Positions 24,203-38,290 of a DNA stretch of 64,000 nucleotides are shown here, piece by piece. This DNA comes from Mobula hypostoma (taxonomy: Eukaryota), in the NCBI RefSeq assembly GCF_963921235.1, contig NC_086109.1, forward strand, positions 14,324,001 through 14,388,000, in the 5' to 3' direction. A model generated the notes under the pieces. That model ran no database searches. It had not been told where the DNA came from and was given only the letters and a program-made list of their open reading frames with translations. The position numbers were made by a program, and so were the translations under genes. Positions within the stretch are counted from its first letter, which is position 1, and every line of letters starts with the position of its first letter.

Positions 24203-24910
24203 TTGGGTGACAGTCAGAGGGGGGAAAGCGAAGGTGAACAGACAGGTAGTGCAGGCACCCCTGTAGCCATTCCCCTGAATAATAAGTTTACCGTCCTGGA
24301 TACTGTTGGCGGGGACGACCGACCAGGTGTGAGCCACGGTGGCAGGGCCTCCGGCACTGAGTCTGACCCTGTGGTGCAGAAGGGTGGGACGGAGAAGAGG
24401 AGAGCTGTCGTCATTGGAGACTCTATAGTCAGGGGAGCAGACAGGAGATTTTGTGGACGTGAGAAGGACACCCGTATGGTTTGTTGCCTCCCGGGTGCCA
24501 GGGTCCGGGATGTCTCTGACTGGGTGCACGACATCCTGGTACGAGAGGGAAAGCAACCAGAAGTCGTGAGACATGTTGGGACCAACGACATAGGCAGAAA
24601 GGGGGATGAGGTCCTGAAGTGTGAGTTTCGGGAACTAGGCAGAAGGCTGAAGAACAGGACCTCAAGGGTGGCGTTCTCAGGATTGCTGCCAGTGCTACGT
24701 GACAGAGACGGTAAGAATTGGAGGAGATGGCAGTTGAATGCGTGGCTGAGGAGTTGGTGCAGGGAGCAGGGTTTTAGATTTTTAGATCATTGGGATCTCT
24801 TCTGGGGAAGGTGGGACCTATACAGATTGGATGGGTTGCACCTGAACTCAAGGGGGAGCAATATCCTTGCAGGTAGGTTTGCTAGCATGGTTCGGGAGGG
24901 TTTAAACTAA
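24203..24910 (+). CDS. CR1 ORF1 C-terminal SGNH/GDSL esterase domain (partial)
   Basis: VIGDSIVRG, CLPGARV, HVGTND and DGLHLN blocks. Confidence 0.85.
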   Translation: MGDSQRGESEGEQTGSAGTPVAIPLNNKFTVLDTVGGDDRPGVSHGGRASGTESDPVVQKGGTEKRRAVVIGDSIVRGADRRFCGREKDTRMVCCLPGARVRDVSDWVHDILVREGKQPEVVRHVGTNDIGRKGDEVLKCEFRELGRRLKNRTSRVAFSGLLPVLRDRDGKNWRRWQLNAWLRSWCREQGFRFLDHWDLFWGRWDLYRLDGLHLNSRGSNILAGRFASMVREGLN

Positions 24911-24924
24911 TTTGTGAGGGGGAT

Positions 24925-27830
24925 GTGACCCAGAGCAATAGAGCAGTGAAAGAAGTGCATGGAGTAAAGCCAGATCTAACATACAGAGAGGCTTTGAGGA
25001 AAGAGAAGCAGAATAAACAGTGTAAAGACAGTAAGGTAGAAGAGCTGAAGTGTGTGTACCTCAATGCAAGACGCATCAGGAACAAAGGTGATGAACTGAG
25101 AGCTTGGATACATACATGGAATTATGATGTAGTGGCCATTACAGAGACTTGGCTGGCACCAGGGCAGGAATGGATTCTCAATATTCCTGTATTTCAGTGC
25201 TTTAGAAGGGATAGAGAGGGAGGAAAAAGGGGAGGAGGGGTGGCATTACTGGTCACGGATACTATTACAGCTACAGAAAGGGTGGGTAATGTAGCAGGAT
25301 CCTCTTTTGAGTTAATATGGGTGGAAGTCAGGAACAGGAAGGGAGCAGTTACTCTACTGGGGGTATTCTATAGGCCCCCTGGTAGCAGCAGAGATACAGA
25401 GGAGCAGATTGGGAGGCAGATTTTGGAAAGGTGCAAAAATAACAGGGTTGTTATCATGGGTGACTTTAACTTCCCTAATATTGATTGGCACCTGATTAGT
25501 TCCAAGGGTTTAGATGGGGCAGAGTTTGTTAAGTGTGTCCAGGACGGATTCCTGTCACAGTATGTGGACAGGCCGACCAGGGGGAATGCCATACTAGATC
25601 TAGTACTAGGTAATGAACTGGGTCAGGTCACAGATCTCACAGTGGGTGAGCATCTGGGAGACAGTGACCACCGCTCCCTGGCCTTTATAATTATCATGGA
25701 AAAGGATAGAATCAGAGAGGACAGGAAAATTTTTAATTGGGGAACTGCAAATTATGAGGCTATAAGGCTAGAACTTGCGGGTGTGAATTGGGATGATGTT
25801 TTTGCAGAGAAATGTACTATGGACATGTGGTCGATGTTTAGAGATCTTTTGCAGGATGTTAGGGATAAATTTGTCCCGGTGAGGAAGATAAAGAATGGTA
25901 GGGTGAAGGAACCATGGGTGACAAGTGAGGTGGAAAATCTAGTCAGGTGGAAGAAGGCAGCATACATGAGGTTTAGGAAGCAAGGATCAGATGGGTCTAT
26001 TGAGGAATATAGGGAAGCAAGAAAGGAGCTTAAGAAGGGGCTGAGAAGAGCAAGAATGGGGCATGAGAAGGCCTTGGCAAGTAGGGTAAAGGAAAACCCC
26101 AAGGAATTCTTCAATTATATGAAGAAAAATAGGATGACAGGAGTGAAGGTAGGACCGATTAGAGATAAAGGTGGGAAGATGTGCCTGGAGGCTGTGGAAG
26201 TGAGTGAGGTCCTCAATGAATACTTCTCTTCGGTATTCACCAATAAGAGGGAACGATGATGGTGAGGACAATATGAGTGAGGTTGATGTTCTGGAGCATG
26301 TTGATATTAAGGGAGAGGAGGTTTTGAAGTTGTTAAAATACATTAGGACAGATAAGTCCCCAGGGCCTGACAGAATATTCCCCAGGCTGCTCCACGAGGC
26401 GAGGGAAGAGATTGCTGAGCCTCTGGCTAGGATCTTTATGTCCTCGTTGTCCACAGGAATGGTACCGGAGGATTGGAGGGAGGCGAATGTTGTCCCCTTG
26501 TTCAAAAAAGGTAGTAGGGATAGTCCGGGTAATTATAGACCAGTGAGCCTTACGTCTGTGGTGGGAAAGCTGTTGGAAAAGATTCTTAGAGATAGGATCT
26601 CTAGGTATTTAGAGAATCATGGTCTGATCAGGGACAGTCAGCATGGCTTTGTGAAGGACAGATCGTGTCTAACAAGCCTGATAGAGTTCTTTGAGGAGGT
26701 GACCAGGCATATAGATGAGGGTAGTGCAGTGGATGTGATCTATATTGATTTTAGTAAGGCACTTGACAAGGTTCCACACATTAGGCTTATTCAGAAAGTT
26801 AGAAGGCATGGGATCCAGGGAAGTTTGGCCAGGTGGATTCAGAATTGGCTTGCCTGCAGAAGGCAGAGGGCGGTGGTGGAGGGAGTACATTCAGATTGGA
26901 GGATTGTGACTAGTGGTGTCCCACAAGGATCGGTTCTGGGACCTCTACTTTTTGTGATTTTTATTAACAACCTGGATGTGGGGGTAGAAGGGTGGGTTGG
27001 TAAGTTTGCAGACAACACAAAGGTTGGTGGTGTTGTAGATAGTGTAGAGGATTGTCAAAGATTGCAGAGAGACATTGATAGGATGCAGAAGTGGGCTGAG
27101 AAGTGGCAGATGGAGTTCAACCCGGAGATATGTGTGGTGGTACACTTTGGAAGGACAAACTCCAAGGTAGAGTACAAAGTAAATGGCAGGATACTTGATA
27201 GTGTGGAGGAGCAGAGGGATCTGGGGGTGCATGTCCACAGATCCCTGAAAGTTGCCTCACAGGTAGATAGCGTAGTTAAGAAAGCTTATGGGGTGTTAGC
27301 TTTCATAAGTCGAGGGATAGAGTTTAAGAGTCGCGATGTAATGATGCAGCTCTGTAAAACTCTGATTAGGCCACACTTGGAGTACTGTGTCCAATTCTGG
27401 TCACCTCACTATAGGAAGGATGTGGAAGCATTGGAAAGGGTACAGAGGAGATTTACCAGGATGCTGCCTGGTTTAGAAAGTATGCATTATGATCAGAGAT
27501 TAAGGGAGCTAGGGCTTTACTCTTTGGAGAGAAGGAGGATGAGAGAAGACATGATAGAGATGTACAAGATAATAAGAGGAATAGATAGAGTGGATAGCCA
27601 GCGCCTCTTCCCCAGGGCACCACTGCTCAATACAAGAGGACATGGCTTTAAGGTAAAGGGTGGGAAGTTCAAGGGGGATATTAGAGGAAGGTTTTTTACT
27701 CAGAGAGTGGTTGGTGCGTGGAATGCACTGCCTGAGTCCGTGGTGGAGGTAGATACACTTGTGAAGTTTAAGAGACTACTAGACAGGTATATGGAGGAAT
27801 TTAAGGTGGGGGGGTTATATGGGAGGCAGG
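24925..27830 (+). pseudogene. CR1 ORF2 (AP endonuclease plus reverse transcriptase), frameshifted
   Basis: APE motifs ITETWL, GDFN, LDLVL and SDH in 24925..26259, then a frameshift near 26250. RT motifs YRPVSLTS, DFSKALD and GVPQGSVLGP in 26204..28003. The catalytic FADD reads FADN. Confidence 0.9.
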
Positions 27831-27900
27831 GTTTGAGGGTCGGCACAACATTGTGGGCCGAAGGGCCTGTACTGTGCTGTACTATTCTATGTTCTATGTT

Positions 27901-28285
27901 TCCCACTCTGGTTCCCCTATCACCGCTTCTCCTCACCTCCCCATCACCTCCCTCTGGTGCCCCTTCTGCTTCTCTTTCTTCTATAGTCCACTGTCCTCTC
28001 TGATTAGATTGCTATTTATTCAACCTCCCACCTCCCAACTTCTGACTGCACTCCCCACACTCCCCCAGCCACTCACCCATCACCTACCAGATTGTACTCG
28101 TTCCCCTCCCTCACCTTTTTATTCCAGCTTCTGCACCCTTTCTTTCCAGTCCTGATGAAGGTACTCAACCCATGTCATTTATTGTTTATTCCCCTCCATA
28201 GATGCTGCCTGACCTGCTGAGTTTTCCCAGCATTTTGTGTGTGTTGCTCTGGATTTCCTGTATCTGCAGAATCTCTTGTGTTTAT
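27901..28285 (+). mobile_element. Decayed Penelope pLTR with tail
   Basis: cagtcctgatgaagg...gatgctgcctgacctgctgag...tgtgtgtgttgc...ctgcagaatctcttgtgttt. Confidence 0.7.
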
Positions 28286-29074
28286 GCTTCGTCACAGCTA
28301 TCAATCCCCGCCAATCCTCTCTATAATTAAAAACTAACTAACTAACTAACACTATTTTCACACTTTCCCAGTTCTGACGAGGACGTGGACGTGTTTCCAT
28401 GTCTGATGTTCTGGGTATTTTCAACATTCTGTGATCTCCAGAATCTACAGCCTTCATTTTATATCTGGATGAGAAGGTTTTCCATGATAGGTTTGGGAGG
28501 GTCTAGACTCTTCTCTCGAATCCCTCAACTCCTGGAACACGATGCAGTCTTTACATCAGTTCATCTGTGCGCAGGGTCCTGTGAAATCCCAATAAAAAGG
28601 AAAGTTGGAATTCCTCCAGGTGATCTATAAACATCTGGAGACCGGATCAGCTCCTATTACGCAGAGAGCTGGCTTTCAGTGATACAGAGGGTATGGAGTA
28701 CATTCCTTTTCATGCCATCTGACCTATTTCCCACAAACCCACATTCAATCACTGTTTATATCCACAGGGACTGAACAACGTCACACCACCAAGTTGATAA
28801 ATTGTTGAGCTTTAGGTGCCGTTATTACAGCTAGTAAAGACAATTCCCAAGAAGGCATCCCTGATTGCAATCCATCTCACTTCCATATCCAGATTCAAAG
28901 CTCAAAGTCAATTTATTATAAAAGTGCATGTCTTTGACTATGTACAACCCTGAGGTTAGTTTTCCTGCAAGCATGCTCAATAAATCCATGATAGAACAAA
29001 TGAAAGTCTGCACCAACTTGAGCATTCAAACAGGGTGCAAAAGACAACAAACTGTGCTAATCCAAAAAGAAAGA

Positions 29075-29458
29075 CCATAAGACCATAAGACAAAGGAGGA
29101 GAAGATGGCCATTTGGCCCATCGAGTCAGCTCTGCTATTTTATCATGAGCTGATCCATTCTCCCATTTAGTCCCACGCCCCCGCCTTCTCACCAGAACCT
29201 TTGATGCCCTGGCTACTCAGATACCTATCAATCTCTGCCTTAAGTACACCCAATGACTTGGCCTCCACTGCCGCCCGTGGCAACAAATTCCATAGATTCA
29301 CCACCCTCTGACTAAAAAAATTTCTTTGCATCTCTGTTCTGAATGGGCGTCCTTCAATCCTTAAGTCATGCCCTCTCGTACTAGACTCCCCCATCATGGG
29401 AAACAACTTTGCCACATTCACTCTGTCTATGCCTTTCAACATTCGAAATATTTCTATG
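29075..29458 (-). mobile_element. CR1 3' fragment
   Basis: ORF 29167..29559 C-terminus FRMLKGIDRV...RNFFSQRVVNLWNLLP. Confidence 0.85.
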
Positions 29459-29929
29459 AGAAAGAAATGATAATAAATGGTAATAAATAAGTAAGAAATA
29501 ACTATCGAGAACACGAAGTGAAAAGTCATTGAAAGTAAGCCCATAGGTTGTGGGAACATTTCAATGATGGAGCAAGTGAAGTTAACCTCTTTAGTTCAAG
29601 AGCCTAATGGATGAAGGGTAATAACTGTCCCTGAACCTGGTCATGTGATTCTTGAGGCTCCTCTATCTCCTTCGTGATGACACCAGTGAGAAGAGAGCAT
29701 GACCTGGATGGCGGGGGTCCCTGATAACGGATGCTGCTTTCCTGTGACAGTGCTCTGTGTGGATGTGCTCAGTAGTGGGGAGGACTTTACCCATGATGGA
29801 CTGGGCCATATCCAGTACTTTGTGTAGGATTTTTCATTCAAGGGTATTGGTGTTTCCATGCCAGGCTATGATGCAACCAGTCAATATTCTCCCCACCACC
29901 CATCTACAGAAGCTTGTCAAGGTTTTAGA

Positions 29930-30873
29930 TAGAAACATAGAAACATAGAAAATAGGTGCAGGAGTAGGCCATTCGGCCCTTCGAGCCTGCACCGCCATTT
30001 ATTATGATCATGGCTGATCATCCAACTCAGAACCCCGCCCCAGCCTTCCCTCCATACCCCCTGACCCCTGTAGCCACAAGGGCCATATCTAACTCCCTCT
30101 TAAACATAGCCAATGAACTGGCCTCAACAGTTTCCTGTGGCAGAGAATTCCACAGATTCACCACTCCCTGTATGAAGAAGTTTTTCCTAATCTCGGTCCT
30201 AAAAGGCTTCCCCTCTATCCTCAAACTGTGACCCCTCGTTCTGGACTTCCCCAACATCGGGAACAATCTTCCTGCATCTAGCCTGTCCAATCCCTTTAGG
30301 ATCTTATACGTTTCAATCAGATCCCCCCTCAATCTTCTAAATTCCAATGAGTACAAGCCCAGTTCATCCAGTCTTTCTTCATATGAAAGTCCTGCCATCC
30401 CAGGAATCAATCTGGTGAACCTTCTTTGTACTCCCTCTATGGCAAAGATGTCTTTCCTCAGATTAGGGGACCAAAACTGCACACAATACTCCAGGTGTGG
30501 TCTCACCAAGGCCTTGTACAACTGCAGTAGTACCTCTCTGCACCTGTACTTGAATCCTCTCGCTATAAATGCCAGCATACCATTCGCCTTTTTCACCGCC
30601 TGCTGTACCTGCATGCCCACTTTCAATGACTGGTGTATAATGACACCCAGGTCTCGTTGCACCTCCCCTTTTCCTAATCGGCCACCATTCAGATAATAAT
30701 CTGTTTTCCTATTTTTGCCACCAAAGTGGATAACTTCACATTTATCATTAAATTGCATCTGCCATGAGTTTGCCCACTCACCCAACCTATCCAAGTCACC
30801 CTGCATCCTCTTAGCATCCTCCTCACAGCTAACACTGCCGCCCAGCTTCGTGTCATCCGCAAACTTGGAGATG
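29930..30873 (-). mobile_element. CR1 3' fragment (young)
   Basis: ORF 30027..30806 (WQMQFN...LVRPHLEYCVQFW...RRLRGDLIE), FADD upstream and a (CTATGTTT)n tail. Confidence 0.92.
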
Positions 30874-33109
30874 TCATGCTAAATCTTCGTTAAGGAAGTA
30901 AAGGTGCTGCTGTGCTTTCTCTATATTTGCACTTAAAAGATTCAAAGATTCATGGTACATTTATTATCAAAGTGTACATGTCCCACAACCCTAAGATTTG
31001 TCAGCCACAAAACAAAGCACACCATGGAACCCATTCGAAGAAAATATCAAACACCCAATGTGCAAAAAAAGAACAAATCACACAACGGCAAAGAAACAAG
31101 CGAATAGCACACAGAACATTAAACATCAAACCACAGAGTCCTTGAAACAGTCTAGGAATGCTCAGTTTAGTTCAGTTCAGCTCAACTTAGTGCTGTGTTG
31201 TTAGTTGACTGCAGGCTGCGGGGTCAGTTCGCCCGATTAAAATCGCGTAAAATAGCAATCAGAAAATGAGTAACCAGAAACTAGAAGCACATATAGCTTG
31301 AACTGCAGAGTCCTTTAAAAATGAGTCCCATCCACAAACATTGCCGATCAAACCTTGCCCAAGCCCCAAGACTCTTGCACCTTCCTCCGGCAGCAGTGAG
31401 CGAGAGGGAGAGGGAGACCTGTCAAACACAGGCAGACAGAGTTTCAAAGGTTCAGATGGCTCTGATGCCTGCTCACCTTGAGCTCTCATCCACGTTGATT
31501 TCAACCTTACTTGATGCTTTAGTCAATGAGTTAGTCGAGAAATGGAGTCAATCATGGGTTCACACTCCATCATTAGGCACTCCGTTCTCAACCTCAATCT
31601 CAACCACTCCGAATTCCCCTGAAGGTAACAAAAGCACCTGATAGCTCAGTCACCGAAAAACACATTATCAAAATGTAAATTGCAGGTTCCAAGCGCGCAC
31701 AGATTAGTAGCAGAAGTACATTTAAAAGAAGAAACCCAGAGAGAGGTGGATATATGGAATGTTCTGCCCCAGAAGACTGCGGAGCCCAAGTCTCTGGATG
31801 CTTTCAAGAAAGAGATGGATAGAGCTCGTAAAGATAGCGGAATCAAAGGTTATGGGGATAAGGCAGGAACTGGGTACTGATTGTGGATGATCACAGTGAA
31901 TGGTGGTGCTGGCTTGAAGGGCCGAATGGCCTACTCCTGCACCTATTGTCTATTGTCTATAAGGAGTAGTTTCGTGAAGTGTCTGCGGGAAGTCACCATT
32001 AGTCATGTGATCACCGGCACCATTTATGTGTTGGGCCTAAGACAGATCCTCTGAAATGATAACACTGCGGAATTTAAGGTTGTTGATCCTCTTAGATCTG
32101 GTCACCCAATGAGAACTGGCTCCTGGACCTCCAGTTTCTTCCTCCTGAAGTCAATAATCAGCTCCTTGGTCTTGCTGACATTGAGTAAGAGGTTGTTGTG
32201 GCACCACTCAGACAGATTTTCAATCTCCCTCCTACATGCTGATTCATCACCACCTTTGATTTAGCCTGCGACTGTGGTGACATCAGACTTGAAAATAGGA
32301 CTGGAGCTGTGCTTAGCCGCACAGCCATAATACATCTAGGCCATAAACCTTTGGAACTCTCTTCCTCAATGATGGTGGAAAAGAGTCTTTGAACATTTTA
32401 AAGGTAGCGATACACTCTTGATAAGCAAAGGATGAAAGGTTACTGAGAGTAGACGGTGATGTGGAGTTGAATTGATAATCAGATCAGCCACTCACTTATT
32501 GAAAGGCAGAGAAGGCTCAGGAGGTTAGTTCTATTTACAGCTCATATGCTATCAATGTCTGCCCTCACCAGAGACCCCTCCCAGGTATGGGAAGTGATTC
32601 TTGTCCAGAGATTGGACATGGAACTTGATTGCTGGGATTGTCGAGTAGAAATTCCTCCTCTGTTAGTCTTGCAAGACCACGGATCTGCACCTAGAAAGTC
32701 TTCACTCTCCAGGGCGCAGGCCTGGGCAAGGTTGTATGGAAGACCCGCAGTTGCCCATGCTGCATGTCTCCCCTCTCAACGACACCGATGTTGTCCAAGG
32801 GAAGGGCAAGGGCCAATACAGCTTGGCACCAGTGTCGTTGCAGAGTGTGGTTAAGTGCCTTGCTCAAGGACATAACATGCTGCCTCAGCTGGGGCTCGAA
32901 CTCACGACCTTCAGGTCGCTAGTCGAATGCCTTAACACACTTGGCTACGTGCCCACATAATTCCTCCTCCACCTCCAACATATTTAGTACATCGCCCCCT
33001 CAGCCTTTATACTGAAGTGAACCTACTCTTTGTCTATGCAATCTATCCTTAAATGCAACACCTTCACAAACATGTGCACTTTTAAATGGTAAATCTGCAA
33101 TTGTTTTTT

Positions 33110-34705
33110 AAATAATTGAAGAGGTGACCAAGAGGACAGACAAGGACAGCGTAGGAGACATTGTCTAAATGGACTTCAGCAAGGCTTTTGGTGAGGCCCC
33201 AAATGGTAGGCAGGTTATATCATACCCACCATGAGTTCACTGTTTGAATACAAAATTTTCTTAGTGGGTGAAGCTAGAGGGTTACAGTGGACAATAGTTT
33301 TTCAGGTTGGAAGCCTATGGCCAGTGGTGTGCCACAGAGATGCTGTTGTTTGTCACTTATATTGATAATTTATAATGTGAACTCAGTTGATATGGTTAGT
33401 AACTTGGCGGCTGACGCAAAAATTGATGAAGAAGATTGTCCAAAGTTACTGTGGTTTCAAGATCATTTGGGATAGTGGACCAAGAAATAGCAGATGGAAC
33501 CTAACACAGATGTGTGCAAGGTGTTGTGCTTTTGGAAGTTAAACGAGGACTTCTGTCCCACAATCTCTCTGACCTCCTAACGTCAGACAGAAGGTACCAC
33601 AGTATAAGAACAAGGATTGTTCCCCTCAGGCTGTGAGACTTCTGAACACTCTGCTACTACACATTATTTATGACAGCACCCATAACGTTTGTCATTGTAC
33701 ATTTAACTATACGTTGTATATGCAGTACATGTCAACTTGTACATCTACAGATTTTTTCAATCTGTTAATACTATTCTGTTAAATTATTTTTTGTGCTGTA
33801 CATGATATATGTGCTGTGTTTTGCACCTTAGTCCTAGGGAATGTTGCTTCATTCAGCTGTATACATGTGTACTGTTGAATCACAAAAAATCTTGAACTTG
33901 CCAAGAATCCCACGGCAAATGGCAGGGACCTTGAGAGTGTTGTTGAACAGAGAGCGACGCAGGGGAACAGACATGTAGTTCCCTGAAGTTGGTGACACAG
34001 ACAGACAACGTGGTGAAGAAAATATCTGGCATACCTACCTTCATCAGTTAGGACATCAAACACAGAAGTTGGGGCATCTGCTCCAGGAGTTCGAGACGTT
34101 AAGCAGCCCACACGTGGCGTATTGTGTACACTTCTGTTCACTTAGTTATAGGATAGGCAACATTAAGGTGGATGTTACTGAGGCTGGAAGGCTTGGGTTA
34201 TAATGGGAGAATGGATAGGCTGGGGATGTTTTCCCAGGAGTCTGGGAGAATGAGAGGTGAACTTACATAAAATGATAAAGGACATAGACAATATGAATGG
34301 TCACTTTTTCCCAGGGTGGTGGAGTCCGCCCTGCCACCTTCCTGAAGAAGGCAATTCTGTAGAAAAATTTTCCAAAAACAATCATGGTGAAGCCCACATC
34401 ATACGACACAGCGCATAATGAATGAATGAGGGGAGTCTCAAACTCAACTTAATGTGAGGGGGGAAATATCTAATGGGGTCCTGAGGGACAGCTTTCTCAG
34501 ATCAAGAATGGTAGGCACATGGAAATGCCAGAGGGAGTGGTAGAGGAGGTATAATGACAACATTTAAAATTTATTTAGACAGGTACGTGGATAGGAAAGG
34601 TTTACAGTATAAGAGTCAGACACATGCATATGGAACTAGCTCAAGTAAGGAGTCTGATTGGTGTGGGTAAGCTGGGCTGAAGGATCTGTTTCTGTGCCAT
34701 ATAAT
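33110..34705 (+). mobile_element. Highly degenerate, interrupted CR1 RT region
   Basis: MDFSKAF, SGVPQ and WQME-like remnants with many stops, and a CR1 3' UTR near 34600-34705. Confidence 0.6.
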
Positions 34706-34709
34706 GCTA

Positions 34710-35270
34710 CACTCAGTGGCCACTTTATTAGGTACACTTATGGACTTGCTCGTTAATGTAAATATCTAATCAGCCAATCATGTGGCAGCAACTCAATGCA
34801 TGAAAGCATGTAGACATGGTCAGGAGGTTCAGTTGCTGATCAGACCAAACATCAGAATGGGAAAAAATGTGACCTGAGTGACTTTGACCGTGGAATGATT
34901 GTTGGTGCCAGATGGGGTGGTTTGAGTATCTCAGAAACTGCTGATCTCCTGGGATTTTCATGCACAGCAGTCTCTAAGACTTACAGATAGTGGTATGGAA
35001 AAAATCCAGTGAGTGGCAGTTCTGTGGGGGAAAGCACCTTGTTAATGGGAGAGGTCAGAGGAGAATGGCCAGACTGGTTCAAACTGACAGGAAGGCAACA
35101 GTAACTCAAAGAACTACACGTTACCACAGTGATGTTCAGAAGAACATCTCTGATTACAGAACATGTCGAACCTTGAAGTGGATGGGCTGCAGCAGCAGAA
35201 GATCACGAACATACACTTACTGGCCACTTTATTAGGTACAGGATGTAGCTGATAAAATTGTCACTGGGTG
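34710..35270 (+). mobile_element. Non-autonomous Tc1 derivative (same family as 12493)
   Basis: TA-flanked TIR CACTCAGTGGCCACTTTATTAGG. Remnant RGQRRMARLVQTDRKATVTQ...TLKWMGCSSRR. Confidence 0.82.
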
Positions 35271-35983
35271 TATGACTCTGATTCCAATTCCTTGTGAACA
35301 ACCCACTCATCAATCTGCCTGCGTCCCATCATTTCTCCCATCAGTGTCTGTCTGGAGAAACATCTCAGAATTTGTTTTCATTGACCCATGAACTGCACTG
35401 AGACCAGAGAGTGGATTTTGGCAGAGACTAGAGTGAAGAAGGTTTAATAGATTTGCGTTCTTTGCCAACACAACAGTGGTATGTTCATACCCACTGGAAC
35501 GTTTATTTTCCCACGTTTTCAGATGACCAGGGCACAGGGAGTTTAAAGTTACAGTGATGAAATGCGTGAACCATTACACAACAAACATGATGAAAGCCCA
35601 TGGATACCGAACCAGATGAAGAACTGGTTTCCTTAAAAGGAAAGGAAGATTTTGGCACAGAAGCCCTGTAATAGTTCATGCATTTTGACTAATTTTCCAA
35701 GCATGTACTTACGGTAGCTGGGAACAAAGGCAGATAGGCTGGTGCAGTCATTCTGAAGGAAACTGGTTGTGGATGCACAATGGATGCATGTGAAAGAAAG
35801 GAAAAGCATAATTCATTCTCGTGATAAATCTGCAACAGATCCTCACAAACAGAAGGCTCCTCAGTCCCTTGATTCTGTACGCCAGATGTTGAACAGCAAT
35901 GTACTTGGCTCTATTTTCTTAGCTCTTGTCTCATTTACCTACATTTTCTCTCAAGTCATTCTGAAAGCTGCTGTTAAAATTTA

Positions 35984-36437
35984 GACTCAGTGCCACTTTA
36001 TTAGGTACCTCTTGCTCTCTGCACTCCACTGTCACCTTCCTGTCAGCTCAAACCAGTCTGGCCATTCTCATCTTACCTCGATCACTGCTCACTGGATTTT
36101 ATTTTCATCATTCTCTGTAAACTCCAGAACAGGAGTTCCATGGCATAAAAAAGATTGGGAACCCTTGCCCTAGAGAACGTTATGTGTAAAAACCCCAGGA
36201 GATCAGCAATGTCTGAGATACTCAAACTACCCCATCTGGCACCAATAATATTCCACTCTCAAAGTCACTTAGATCATATTTCTTCCCCATTCTGATGTTT
36301 GGTTTGAGCAATAGCTGAACCTCTTGACCATGTCTGCATGCTTTTATATATTGAGTTGCTGCCACATGATTGGCTGATTAGATATGTGCATTAACAAGTA
36401 GGTGTCAAGGTGCATCTAATAAAGTGGCCACTGAGTG
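35984..36437 (-). mobile_element. Non-autonomous Tc1 derivative in reverse orientation, with a hAT mini-insert near 36130-36168
   Basis: Same TIRs with TA flanks. The interior is the reverse complement of 34710-35270. Confidence 0.78.
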
Positions 36438-36665
36438 TACTATATATTCACTGTCTTGTCAAGCAAGGTGTTCTGAACCCTGATTTGAAGCTTCAAAATG
36501 CTTTTCTCAAGATTACCTCTCTTGCTGTTTTCAGTTACCTTAAACCTATTTTCCTTTAGTTGATGTCAAATACTTTCCTGCATGACTTTGAACATTTCTG
36601 TTAAATTCTCCATTAGCCCTCCCCAAACTAAATGCATAAACGTAATCCCTCTTTCCTGGAAAATA

Positions 36666-38290
36666 CAGTGCCTATAAAAAGTATTCACTCCCCCTTGGAA
36701 GTTTTCATGTTTTATCATTTTACAACATTGGATCACAGTGGATTTAATTTGGCTTTTTTTGACACTGATCAACGGGAAAAAAACTCTTTCGTGTCAAAGT
36801 GAAAACAGATCTATACAAAATGGCCTAAATTAATTACAAATATAAAACAGAAAATAAATGATTGCATAAGAATTCACATCCTTTCATATGACGCAAAATT
36901 ATTACTGGTGCAGCCAATTGGTTTTAGAAGGCACGTAATTAGTTAAATGGAGATCTGTTTTTGGAGACCTGCAGACAGTCAAGGTGTTTCAATTGACTGT
37001 GTCTGGAAGGTCCAACTGCTGGTGAGTCAGTATCCTGGTAAAAGCTACACCATGAAGACAAAAGAACATTCCAAGCAACTCCACAAAAAGGTTATCAAAA
37101 ATTATAAGTCAGGAGATGGATCCACAAAAATGTTCAAGTGACTGGATAGCCATTGAAGTACAGTTAGGTCAATCATCAAGAAATGGAAAGAATATGGCAC
37201 AGCTGCAAATCTGCCGAAAGCTGGCTGTTCCCAAAAACTGTATGTCCATGCAAGAAGAGGACTAGTGAGAGAGGCCACCAAGAGACCTATGACAACCCTA
37301 GAGGAGTTACGAGCTTCAGTGACTGAGATGGGAGTGACTGCGCATACACCTGCTGTTGCCTGGGTGCTTCACCAGTCGCAGCCTTATAGGATAGTGGCAA
37401 AGAGAAAGACACCGTTGCAAAAAACTCACATGAAATCTCAGCTGCGGTTGGCCAGAAGGTATCTGGGAGACTTTGAAGTCAGTTGGAAGAAGGTTCTATG
37501 GTCTGATGAAGCCAAAATTGGCTACTAGACTAAACATTACATTTGGTGTAAGCCAAACACCGCATGTCATCAAGAACACACCATCCCTACTGTGAAGCAT
37601 GGTGGGGGCTACATCATGCTGTGTCACTACAGCAGGACCTGAAAGGCTTGTGAAGGTAGAAGGTAAAATGAATGCAGCAAAATATAATAAAATCCTGGAG
37701 AAAAACCTGATGCATTCTGCAAGGGAACTGGAACTTGGGATAAGATTTGTTTTCCAGCAAGACAATGACCCAAAGCATAAAGCCAAAATTACATAAGAAT
37801 GGCTTAACAACAAAGTTAATGTCCTGGAGTGGCCAAGTCAGAGTCCAGACCGCAATGAAATTGAGAATTGGTGTAGCTGGACTTGAAAAGGGCTGTTCAC
37901 TCACGATCCTCGTGCAATCTGACAGTGTTTGAGCAGTTTTGAAAAGAAGAATTGGGAAAACTGCAGTGTTCAACTGTGCAAAGCTGATAGACCTATCAAC
38001 ACAGACTCAAGGCTGTAATTGCTGCCAAAGGTGCATCTGTTAAATACTGACTTGAAGGCGGTAAATACTTATGCAATCTGTTACTTTGTGTTTTATATTT
38101 GTAATTAATTTAGATCACTTTGTAGAGATCTGTTTTCACTTTGACACAAAAGCGTATTTTTCTGTCACAGTATCAAAATGAAACAAATAAAATCCACTGT
38201 GATTCAATGTGGTAAAACAATAACACATGAAATCTTCCGGGTGTTGGGGGGGGGCGGGGGGGAGAAGGTGAATACTTTTTATAGATACTG
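36666..38290 (+). mobile_element. Full-length decayed Tc1 transposon with ~200-bp TIRs
   Basis: TA-CAGTGCCTATAAAAAGTATTCAC at the left end and its inverse at the right. Transposase pseudogene at about 37052-38049 (MKTKEHSKQL, VLWSDEAK, TVKHGGG, FQQDNDPKH, EWPSQSPD) with frameshifts. Confidence 0.92.

Larger units (their letters stand above)
24150..27900 (+). mobile_element. CR1 LINE, 5'-truncated within ORF1, relatively young
   Basis: ORF1 esterase, then ORF2 APE and RT, then a (TTCTATG)n tail at about 27885-27900. Confidence 0.95.
28890..32330 (-). mobile_element. Old Rex1-like element interrupted by several younger insertions
   Basis: Tail near 28890. C-terminal remnants at 29630-29930 and 30874-30935. 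LNVSKTKELIIDFRR at about 32140-32186. Confidence 0.6.
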
